The translations under genes and the position numbers were made by a program. A stretch of 64,000 nucleotides of DNA from Gammaproteobacteria bacterium (lineage in GTDB: Bacteria; Pseudomonadota; Gammaproteobacteria; Eutrophobiales; Eutrophobiaceae), in contig CBDCTH010000012.1 of assembly GCA_965222155.1 (NCBI GenBank), positions 1,152,001-1,216,000 of the forward strand, read 5' to 3'. Positions within the stretch are counted from its first letter, which is position 1, and each line of letters opens with the position of its first letter. Shown here piece after piece: positions 10,012-18,268 of this stretch. The notes under the pieces were generated by a model, which did no database searches, was not told where the DNA came from, and saw only the letters and a list, made by a program, of their open reading frames with translations.

Positions 10012-10063
10012 ACTGTATCTTTACAGTGTTTTGATGCAGAATAGCAAACTGTATTATTACAGT
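10012..10063. promoter_or_regulatory. Two palindromic operators ACTGTA-N4-TACAGT upstream of the antitoxin
   Basis: ACTGTAtcttTACAGT at 10012-10027 and ACTGTAttatTACAGT at 10048-10063. Confidence 0.7.
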
Positions 10064-10241
10064 CAACTGTATCAGAGATACTTTTTGAAGGCTCTGGCCG
10101 TAATGGTCACTGCAAAGGAAAACGCCAGCGCGAACGGCAGGATGATCCAGGACGGATACAAACTGACCGGCAATGCAGGTACTGTACCCGGGAGGCAAGT
10201 ATCAGCGGGGTGATACAGGTCCGGCCCTAAAAGCGTAAAAG

Positions 10242-11423
10242 CTACGCCCCACTTCTCCTTAACAGTAGCTCTGACATCTCAACCAGGCCTATAGCTTCCA
10301 CGCCCTGTGAAATCGGATATCTGTCGTCACCTGCATAAACCACAAAGCATTTATTCGGCTGTATGTCTTCGCAGGCGTGGTAGAAGCCCTTTTTCGGTTT
10401 TGCCGACAAAGCCCTCTTAATCTCAATGACCCATATTTCAGAAATCCCCGGGAACTCCAGCACGAGGTCTACTTCGGCTCCTGCCGAGGTCCGGTAGAAG
10501 CTGGCAAGCGGCCTGTCTTTAACGACCGACAACAAATTCTCAATAACGAACCCTTCCCAGCTTGCGCCAACAACCGGATGACCCGACAACTGGTTATAGT
10601 CCTGGATATCAAGTAAGGCATGTACCAGCCCACTGTCTCTGACATATACCTTTGGCGATTTAACCAAGCGTTTGCCGACATTCACATGAAACGGTCGAAG
10701 TCGCCGGACCAATAACAGATCAACCAACAGGTCAATATATCTGGTTACAGTCGGCGCTGACAGAGACAATGCCGCCGCCAGGTTGGAAGCATTCAGTAAC
10801 GACCCCTGCCCATGGGACAACATCTTCCACAGTCTTTCCAGTGTCACCGCCGGAATGCGAGGCCCGAATTGCGGGACATCACGTTCCAGATAAGTCCGAA
10901 TAAAGTCTTTTCTCAGCTTAAAGCTATCCCTGTCAGATTTTGCCAGGTAGCTGTCCGGGAACCCGCCTCTTATCCAAAGGCGGTTCATTGCGTTATCCGC
11001 TATTCCAACTTCCGTTATATCCAAAGGCCGCATATCGACATACTCGATACGCCCGGCCAGCGACTCCCCGGATTGCCTTAACAGGTCAATCGATGCCGAT
11101 CCCAGAATCAGGAACCGCCCTGTTCGTTTTCCCTTCCGGCGACCTCTATCAATGATCCCCCGCAAAGTCCGGAATAGTTCGGGGGTACGGTGGATCTCAT
11201 CCAGAACGACCAACTTGTCTTCATATTGATCTAAAAACAGCGCCGGTTCAGACAGCTTCTCCCGATCATTGCTGTCTTCCAGGTCCAGATACAGCGCATC
11301 CCTCTCCCCGGTCAACTCATAAGCCAGTGTCGTCTTACCAACCTGGCGCGGCCCGATCAAGGCCACCGCGGCCTGGCGACCCAGTGCTTCTCTTACCTGT
11401 TCCTTGACTCTTCTCTCAATCAT
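10242..11423 (-). CDS. COG1373 AAA+ ATPase with DUF4143 domain
   Basis: GPRQVGKTT, VVLDEIH, ESLAGRI, RGGFP, KSPKVYVRDSG, EVDLV...IEIK; likely start ATG 11423. Confidence 0.92.
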   Translation of the reverse strand: MIERRVKEQVREALGRQAAVALIGPRQVGKTTLAYELTGERDALYLDLEDSNDREKLSEPALFLDQYEDKLVVLDEIHRTPELFRTLRGIIDRGRRKGKRTGRFLILGSASIDLLRQSGESLAGRIEYVDMRPLDITEVGIADNAMNRLWIRGGFPDSYLAKSDRDSFKLRKDFIRTYLERDVPQFGPRIPAVTLERLWKMLSHGQGSLLNASNLAAALSLSAPTVTRYIDLLVDLLLVRRLRPFHVNVGKRLVKSPKVYVRDSGLVHALLDIQDYNQLSGHPVVGASWEGFVIENLLSVVKDRPLASFYRTSAGAEVDLVLEFPGISEIWVIEIKRALSAKPKKGFYHACEDIQPNKCFVVYAGDDRYPISQGVEAIGLVEMSELLLRRSGA

Positions 11424-11460
11424 CCTTGTATTTTGAAACAAATATTTTCAATTTGCAAGG
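11424..11460. promoter_or_regulatory. 37-bp inverted repeat CCTTG(C/T)A-N23-TGCAAGG abutting the ATPase start
   Basis: Same arms and spacing at 12814-12850 and 7533-7569. Confidence 0.65.
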
Positions 11461-11529
11461 ATTAATTCAAGCTACGTTGGGTTACGTGCGTATTGTTGGT
11501 TTTTGATGCCACCCGGTGCCGGACGCGGA

Positions 11530-11549
11530 ATCATTCCCACTCGATTGTA
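11530..11549 (-). mobile_element. att-like duplicate of the guaA 3' end
   Basis: ATCATTCCCACTCGATTGTA versus ATCATTCCCACTCAATCGTA (18268-18287); both encode TIEWE*, mismatches are synonymous; AT-rich flank. Confidence 0.75.
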
Positions 11550-11642
11550 AATAAGTAATTATTTTTCTTTATATTCAATATTTTATAATTATCCATACAC
11601 CCCAATACCATGAAATATACCATGTTCAAAAATTATAAAAGA

Positions 11643-12848
11643 TCAGCCTGAATGAAGTCTTTCCATAAGCGCCGACAGAGAAATGATGTTCACATCATTA
11701 CCCACAGGAAACTCATCGTCACCACCGTAAAGGATGTATTTATGCGTTGCGCCAACATCATCACAGGTTTGGCTGTAGTGCTTGCCGAGTTTGGGGGCAA
11801 CGCCATGTTTGATCTCTATGGCCCAGATTTCAGACGATGGCATCCTGATAACCAGATCAACCTCTGCTCCGGCGGCTGTTCGGTAAAAGTAGGTTTCTGC
11901 GCGACCCGGCAGTATCGAAAGAATATTTTCAACCGCAAAGCCTTCCCAACTCTTACCCAAAACCGGATTAGACAGCAATTCATCGTAGCTGTTGATACCT
12001 AGCAACCGGTGCAGAATACCGCTGTCACGGACGTAATAACGGGGTGATTTCACTAAGCGCTTTTTGACGTTGGCATGCCCGGGATCAAGGCGCCTGACCA
12101 GCAAAAGGTCCGTCAGAATATCAATGTAATTACTTACCGTCTTAGCATCGACTTCCAGATTCGAAGCCAGCTTGGAATAGTTAATGGTTTCACCCTGCAA
12201 ATGAGCCAACATCGTCCACAGTCGGCGCAACCTTGCTGCGGGAACACGGAAGCCCATTTGCGGGACGTCACGTTCAAGATAAGTGCGAACCAGATTTTCA
12301 AGCCAGTCCATGGCCAAGTCATCATCTGTTGCCAGATAGCTGTCGGGAAAACCTCCCCGTAGCCAAAGGGTCTGCCGATCCTGTTGGTTACCATCAATCT
12401 CAGCAAGGTTCAGGCCGCTCATCCCGATATAACTAATCCGACCAGCCAGGCTTTCCGAAGACTGATGCATCAAATCCATTGATGCCGATCCAAGCAGCAA
12501 AAACTGACCCGCTCTACGACCCTGCTCCCGGTTTTTATCAATCAGACCCCGTAGCACAGGGAACAATTCCGGACTTCGCTGTATTTCATCCAGAATAACC
12601 AGCTTATCGGCATGAGCGCTTAAAAAACTGGTGGGATCGCTGAGCTTCAGCAGATCCTCGGGAGCTTCCAAATCGAGGTAAATTGAATCGATGCTTTTAG
12701 CAATGGTTTTTGCAAGCGTCGTCTTACCGACCTGGCGCGCGCCAAGCAATGCGACCGCAGGCACTTGTGTGATCATTGCTTGAAGTTTTTCTGTAATTTG
12801 GCGCTCTAACACACCTTGCATTTTAGGGGGCTCACTCCGGATTTGCAA
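11643..12848 (-). CDS. COG1373 AAA+ ATPase with DUF4143 domain (paralogue)
   Basis: GARQVGKTT, ILDEIQ, ESLAGRI, KSPRYYVRDSG, EVDLV..IEIK; true start may be near 12812. Confidence 0.92.
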   Translation of the reverse strand: MQIRSEPPKMQGVLERQITEKLQAMITQVPAVALLGARQVGKTTLAKTIAKSIDSIYLDLEAPEDLLKLSDPTSFLSAHADKLVILDEIQRSPELFPVLRGLIDKNREQGRRAGQFLLLGSASMDLMHQSSESLAGRISYIGMSGLNLAEIDGNQQDRQTLWLRGGFPDSYLATDDDLAMDWLENLVRTYLERDVPQMGFRVPAARLRRLWTMLAHLQGETINYSKLASNLEVDAKTVSNYIDILTDLLLVRRLDPGHANVKKRLVKSPRYYVRDSGILHRLLGINSYDELLSNPVLGKSWEGFAVENILSILPGRAETYFYRTAAGAEVDLVIRMPSSEIWAIEIKHGVAPKLGKHYSQTCDDVGATHKYILYGGDDEFPVGNDVNIISLSALMERLHSG

Positions 12849-13155
12849 GGTATTTATAAGTAATCAATTAAATAAACCCTGTTCCTGATCCTTCATGTAA
12901 CGCTTTCGAATTAATGGAACGTGAGTGGAATGCAACAGCAGTAACATTGTGAATTTCTTCATGAATGATATACCGTCAATGAACCTGGGAACGGAAACCC
13001 GGTCAAAGGGTAATGCACCTGATCCGGAGTATTATATCTGATACTGGTATACCAGACCGCGCTAAAACCATTAACACTATTCGCTGTCCCTGGGGTTTCC
13101 AGGAATTCCGGATGATGATATTTTCCCTTACCATTAGACATAGGAGTTCAAGATT

Positions 13156-13370
13156 ATGCGCTGCGAAGAAATAGATTATCAAATTTTCGGTAACGACATG
13201 CAGGTCGTGGAAGTGGAACTGGACCCGGGCGAGACTGTGATTGCCGAGGCCGGCGCCACCAACTGGATGGATGACGGAATTACCTTCGAAGCCTGGATGA
13301 GCGATGGCTCCCGGCCCGATGAAGGGCTGATGGGACAATTGTTAGGCGCCGGCAAACGCGCCCTGACCGG
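13156..13370 (+). pseudogene. 5' fragment of TIGR00266/AIM24 family gene
   Basis: [30 protein letters not shown]...GKRALTG, then unrelated sequence. Confidence 0.85.
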
Positions 13371-13517
13371 TGTCAAACCGACACCTGAAGGCAGCAAACA
13401 GGCCCCATTAGCGGGTGGATGAAGGCGCATTCGGCAACCCATTGCATACATTTATATATACCAGGAACCCGCTTGCCTTCTCACACAGCGCCGCATCCGA
13501 AAACGTCAATTAATAGA

Positions 13518-14781
13518 CAGGGCAACCGCATACTTTTTTATATCTATTATAAGGACTGTCCAAATAGAATCTGCGCCCGTCTCGTATCACGCCACCCGGC
13601 CTGCTTGAGCTTCCCCCGCATACTGTTCTTGTGTGGGTGCAGCCGTGCCAGGTTCAAACAGAAGCGCCGGATTATCCCCACGTTCTCCGCCCCATTGCCC
13701 CGTCGTAGCCGACAGTCATCTTCCTTGAACGCCACGTCCAGCACCCAATGCGCCTTGTTCTCCACGTCCCAATGCTGACGTATCCCGCGCGCTACCCGCA
13801 CCGCAGCCACCGGCAGGGAACTGATAGAGTACTGTGTCTCGGTCTCCATGTCTTGCCCCGGCAGGTGTCGTTCCCGTTCCATCTCAATCACCGTTTGCAA
13901 CCCCGGCCACTTGACTGCCTCACTACTCCATGCCGTCACCCGCAGTTGCCGACAGACACGCCGCGCCACCCGGCCATGCCCCCCATCGACTTACCTCTAC
14001 ACCGCCAACGTCGCCGGCTTATCGCGCGTAACCTTATGAAAGTACGCCTTTATTTCCCGTTGTAAGGTCTTATGATTGGCCTTCAGACACAACGTGTAAT
14101 CGCCCCCCTTCTCGTGTATCTTCCGGGCAATCTTCTTCTGCGTGTTCATCGCATCCGCAGTAATATGTGCTCCTTTGACGTGCAACACATCCAACATCTC
14201 CAACACCGATGCCTGCTCGTTCTTCTTCCCCTTCGACTTCATCTGTGCCAGCACCAGCCCGCATTCATGGCCCCAGGCCGTGATGCTGTGCAAGGCCGCC
14301 TGCCTTTCCCCGTCATGGGAACTTTGTTGAGGTCTTCCCATCCAGGGCAATCTGCGCCTGGCCCTGCTCACGCCGGACCGCATTCACCCAATTCAAAAAC
14401 GCCCGGTTGAACTGCACCGGGTCCAGCGCCCGCACTACCCGCGCAATCGTATCATCCACCGGTATCCCGTTAGCAAATGGCCGGTAGTGCCGCAACCAGG
14501 CCAGCTTCTCATCACCAAAATCCTTGCTGTCTTTCCAGCCCTCTGCCCCCGACAGCACCGCACTCACTGTCAAAAACAGACTGTCCAACAGCGCATGTTT
14601 CACATTGATATCACGACGCGGGTCGTCAATCGTGGCCACATGCAAGTAAACTCACGGTTTTCTCCTCTGTTTGGGGTGAATACTGCTACGATCCCCACAA
14701 CATCCTTAAGTTCACTGCTTATTTATATCTCTTTAGAATAAAAAATCCCCTGCTTATGACAAAAAGTATGATCTTGCCCTG
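13518..14781 (-). mobile_element. ISAs1-family IS with frameshifted transposase
   Basis: Ends CAGGGCAACC and GATCTTGCCCTG; 10-bp TSD AATTAATAGA (13508-13517, 14782-14791); fragments IDDPR, IALDGK, ITADAMNTQ, RQHWDVENKAHWVLDVAFKED in three ORFs. Confidence 0.92.
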
Positions 14782-14804
14782 AATTAATAGAGGTTCCCTT
14801 AAGA

Positions 14805-16010
14805 ATGTTGATGAGAAAACCTGTTCGTTTTGGTAAACTGTCTCCTATGGCGTTGACCTATAAAGACAACCCCTTCAGACCAGATTTTGGCGGCATCCCG
14901 CCGTTGCTGGCTGGGCGCACGGAGGAGTTGCTTGAACTGACCACTGGCCTGCAGCAGTTACAGGATGGGACAACCCCTGCTACCATCTTAATCAGTGCCC
15001 CGCGCGGCATGGGTAAGTCTGTACTGCTCAACAGATTGAAGGAGGAATCAGACAGGACAGGCATTAAAGTCAGGAAGAACCATGCTGGCGACATCAAAAC
15101 CCTGCAGCAACTGACGGAGTGGCTGGCGCCAGACCTGGTGGAAAGGACGCGGGCAAGTGGTGTCAGTGGCGGCGGAAAATTCCTGGGCGCAGGTGTTGAT
15201 TATAGGTCCAGCCAAGGAGCTGCCTTCGGTGAACCGGCCTGGACAATCAGACTTCAGAACACGCTGCTTGAGCGGCACCAGAATAAGCCGCTCATCATCT
15301 GCGTGGATGAGGCACACACGTTGATCCCCGAAGTAGCCCTGGCGCTGGGCAGTCTGCGTCACCAGATGAATGACAACAAGCGTCCGGTATGGCTGTTGCT
15401 GGCCGGTACGCCAGGATTGAGTGAGACACTTCGAGACGCAAAAGCCACTTTTATTGAACGGGTTACTCGTCTCAAACCGACCCTGTTATCGGCCGTGGAA
15501 TCAGCCGAGGTTCTGCATGTGCCACTGACGGAACGCGGCTGGCAGGTGAATGAGACAACGCTGGCGGATATTGTCGAGGATTCGCAGGGTTACCCCTACT
15601 TCCTGCAACTATGGGGTAGGGAAGTTTGGAAGGCAGGCGTCTCTCTGCGCCGGGCCCGGCTAGATGGTGACACCTTGGCCCGGGCTGCCGTCTCTGTAAA
15701 CAGGCAACGTGATGAGTTCTATTTCAACCGGTATGTCGAATTGATGGACACACCCCAATCAGACCTGTTTCAGGATGTTGATATTATCACCGTCACCTTG
15801 GCTGTCATCAATGTTGTGAGTCAACGCCAGGCCGCATCGCTGCTGGATATAAATGGTGCAATCAGCGCCTGTCTCCCGTCTAATAGAGTACCTGCACCCA
15901 TACGCAGGTATTTTGAAACAAAGGGGTTCATCTGGGCGGCTAAGCCTGATCAGTATGTGCCCGGTATCCCGTCCCTGATGGACTACGTTGAGGAAAAGCT
16001 TGATAGTTAG
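14805..16010 (+). CDS. P-loop ATPase (AAA_16-like)
   Basis: NPFRPDFGGIPPLLAGR, APRGMGKS, ICVDEAH, SQGYPYFLQLWG; start may be ATG 14847. Confidence 0.85.
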   Translation: MLMRKPVRFGKLSPMALTYKDNPFRPDFGGIPPLLAGRTEELLELTTGLQQLQDGTTPATILISAPRGMGKSVLLNRLKEESDRTGIKVRKNHAGDIKTLQQLTEWLAPDLVERTRASGVSGGGKFLGAGVDYRSSQGAAFGEPAWTIRLQNTLLERHQNKPLIICVDEAHTLIPEVALALGSLRHQMNDNKRPVWLLLAGTPGLSETLRDAKATFIERVTRLKPTLLSAVESAEVLHVPLTERGWQVNETTLADIVEDSQGYPYFLQLWGREVWKAGVSLRRARLDGDTLARAAVSVNRQRDEFYFNRYVELMDTPQSDLFQDVDIITVTLAVINVVSQRQAASLLDINGAISACLPSNRVPAPIRRYFETKGFIWAAKPDQYVPGIPSLMDYVEEKLDS

Positions 16011-16160
16011 AGGCAGAAACACACACCTGATCTGTCGATGACTCCCACACGTTGAGTCTTTATAACATATCTTATGTTTTTCGGGATCCGGTGGAATGGT
16101 GTATCTACTGAACCAGGGAAGGGAAGTCGGTTGTCGGTTATATTAACTTGTTGGGCAACA

Positions 16161-17453
16161 TTATAGTTCAAGTAGTTCGAGTTCTTCCAACCGAATAGCC
16201 ATAGCTTTGACAGATACACGAAACTGTTTCGAAATCGAATGGAAGTTTCTACCGTTATAATATTCGGCAGAAGCAAGGGTTTTAGACAACTCGCGCAAAT
16301 CTCTACATCGCGACATAAAATCGCTAATACTTCCTGCGTTTAATGCAAATACAGTTTCTTCTTTGACTTTAAATTTTTCTGTTAAAAATAAATCTTTAAA
16401 TTTACTTTCAACTAATTTTCTTGGCATTAAGAAATAAGTGGCGAATTTGTCGGACTGTAACTCTTGGAGATTACGAGGGCCAGGAATTACGGAACCATCC
16501 AATGCTCTATCACGATGCAGTTCGTTCTGCTGGTGCAAAAGTGCATGTCCAAGCTCATGTGCAGCAGTAAAATTTTGAGTTTCTGAGGAGAACTCTTTTG
16601 ATATTTCGACTATTTTATTCTTCCTGTCAATTAGCCCTGCAACATCAATAAGTTTTCCTTGTATTTCATGTTTTCCAAGGGTTGTTGGTTGTTTGAATTG
16701 GAATCCCAATATTTTTTCTAGAGCAATTCTTGGTATTAATATATCTATCAGTTCTTCAGGTGTGTCGTCCTTCCAAATCATGCTTCGATACTTCCAAATT
16801 GTGTTTTGAAGTTGCCTAGCAATGTCTTCAATTTCCGAATTTGAAAGTTTCGATTCAACCCATTTATCTGAACGGAATACTTTAATCGCCAAATTGAACG
16901 CGTTTTTCTGATCTGCCTCCGCTTCTAGGCTTTCAAGCCGTTCTGTCGTTTTCAAGGATAGGTTTTTATAACTGGATATCAAGCGACTTTTTTCAGATCT
17001 GATATTTTCAGTCCATTTGTCGCTGTCAAAGGAGAGCAAGTTTAAATCTATGATTGATAAACATCCCGCAACTGCAGAAACAGCACTATTTAGAGCAACT
17101 CCAGATTCTCCTCTCGCCGCCTTATATCCATGGTCAAACACAGAAGCAGCGTAATCAGCCAATTCTATACATAGTTCAGCAATCTCAATAGGCATTTCTG
17201 TAGCTGTCTTAAGTTCTTGTAATGCCTTTACTTTTAATTCATTTTTCCTTTTTAATTCAGTTTCTTCGTCGCGAGCTTGGCGTAGATTTATGACCTCACA
17301 GAATTGATTGGCGTCTTCTTGAAATAACCTTTTCAGCGATGGATAAATTCGACTTTCAATCTCTGAATTTATTCTCAGAAGATTTGGAAGCCATTCTGTG
17401 TAATTATGCCTTGGATTAGAATTGTCCGTTAGATTGATTACGTTCCGAATCAA
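16161..17453 (-). CDS. Cyclodeaminase/cyclohydrolase (FTCD_C)-like domain fused to ImmA/IrrE (M78) metallopeptidase; probably 5'-truncated
   Basis: LFQEDANQF...ATEMPIEIAELC...ESGVALNSA...IDLNL; NFTAAHELGHALLH, ELQSDKFATYFLMP, FRVSVKAMAIRLEEL; AT-rich. Confidence 0.75.
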   Translation of the reverse strand: MIRNVINLTDNSNPRHNYTEWLPNLLRINSEIESRIYPSLKRLFQEDANQFCEVINLRQARDEETELKRKNELKVKALQELKTATEMPIEIAELCIELADYAASVFDHGYKAARGESGVALNSAVSAVAGCLSIIDLNLLSFDSDKWTENIRSEKSRLISSYKNLSLKTTERLESLEAEADQKNAFNLAIKVFRSDKWVESKLSNSEIEDIARQLQNTIWKYRSMIWKDDTPEELIDILIPRIALEKILGFQFKQPTTLGKHEIQGKLIDVAGLIDRKNKIVEISKEFSSETQNFTAAHELGHALLHQQNELHRDRALDGSVIPGPRNLQELQSDKFATYFLMPRKLVESKFKDLFLTEKFKVKEETVFALNAGSISDFMSRCRDLRELSKTLASAEYYNGRNFHSISKQFRVSVKAMAIRLEELELLEL

Positions 17454-17727
17454 TTGCGCTGAGAACCTTACCGATGAATCCCCACCCTACGTACCCGATG
17501 TGGCTCTCACACTTCATCGATCTATGACTACCCAGGCTGGTTATACTTCGTTCGGCTGAAACTCGGATTTTATTCAGTTCTTGCCTCCGGCACCAGCGTC
17601 TACAGGATATCGTGGAGTAGCGCTGGGGACGATCATAGTGAGATTTCGATTCTCAATTAACTTTTTTCTAAAAAAAACCGAAACTTCGTTATTTTGCTTC
17701 TCTCTAATAAAAAAAATGAGGCCGATT

Positions 17728-18204
17728 ATGTACTGCGAAGAGATAGACTACCGGATTTACGGCAACGACATGCAGGTCGTTGAAGTGGAACTCGACCCCG
17801 GCGAGACAGTTATAGCCGAAGCTGGCGCCGGTTTCTTCGGTGGCGAAGGGTTTATCCTGCAACGTCTGCGCGGAGATGGAATGGCATTTGTCCATGTCGG
17901 CGGTACGGTTATCCGGAAGGAATTACAGGATGAATTACTGCGTGTGGACAGCGATTGCCTGGTGGCATTCACCAGTGGAATCAACTACAACATTGAGCAA
18001 CCCGGCAACCTCAAATCCATGTTCTTCGGTGGTGAGGGGCTGTTCCTGGCTACATTACAGGGCACCGGTGTTGTCTATTTGCAGAGTCTGCCGTTTTCAC
18101 GCTTGGCCGACCGCATTCTTGGAAACGCACCCTCCGAAGGCGGCAGAAATCAGGGTGAAAGCTTCATTCTCGGCGGCATTGGTAAACTGATTGGCGGGAG
18201 GTGA
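17728..18204 (+). pseudogene. TIGR00266/AIM24 gene with in-frame internal deletion
   Basis: VIAEAGA runs directly into [11 protein letters not shown]; the segment present in the 13156 copy ([10 protein letters not shown]...) is absent. Confidence 0.8.
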
Positions 18205-18268
18205 GGTCGCTGGATAACCGTCCCTGACCGCGTTTAAAATTAATCAGGCCAATACTTTTGCTGAATCA

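Larger units (their letters stand above)
6405..14798 (+). mobile_element. IS5-family ends enclosing about 8.4 kb
   Basis: Left IR GGGAACCTCTATTTATT (6405-6421) and right IR AATTAATAGAGGTTCCC (14782-14798) match 16/17; TTAA on both outer sides. Confidence 0.7.

Noticed and set aside
10012-10063. LexA/SOS boxes
   Set aside because: Spacing is CTG-N8-CAG, not the gammaproteobacterial CTG-N10-CAG; more likely TA operators
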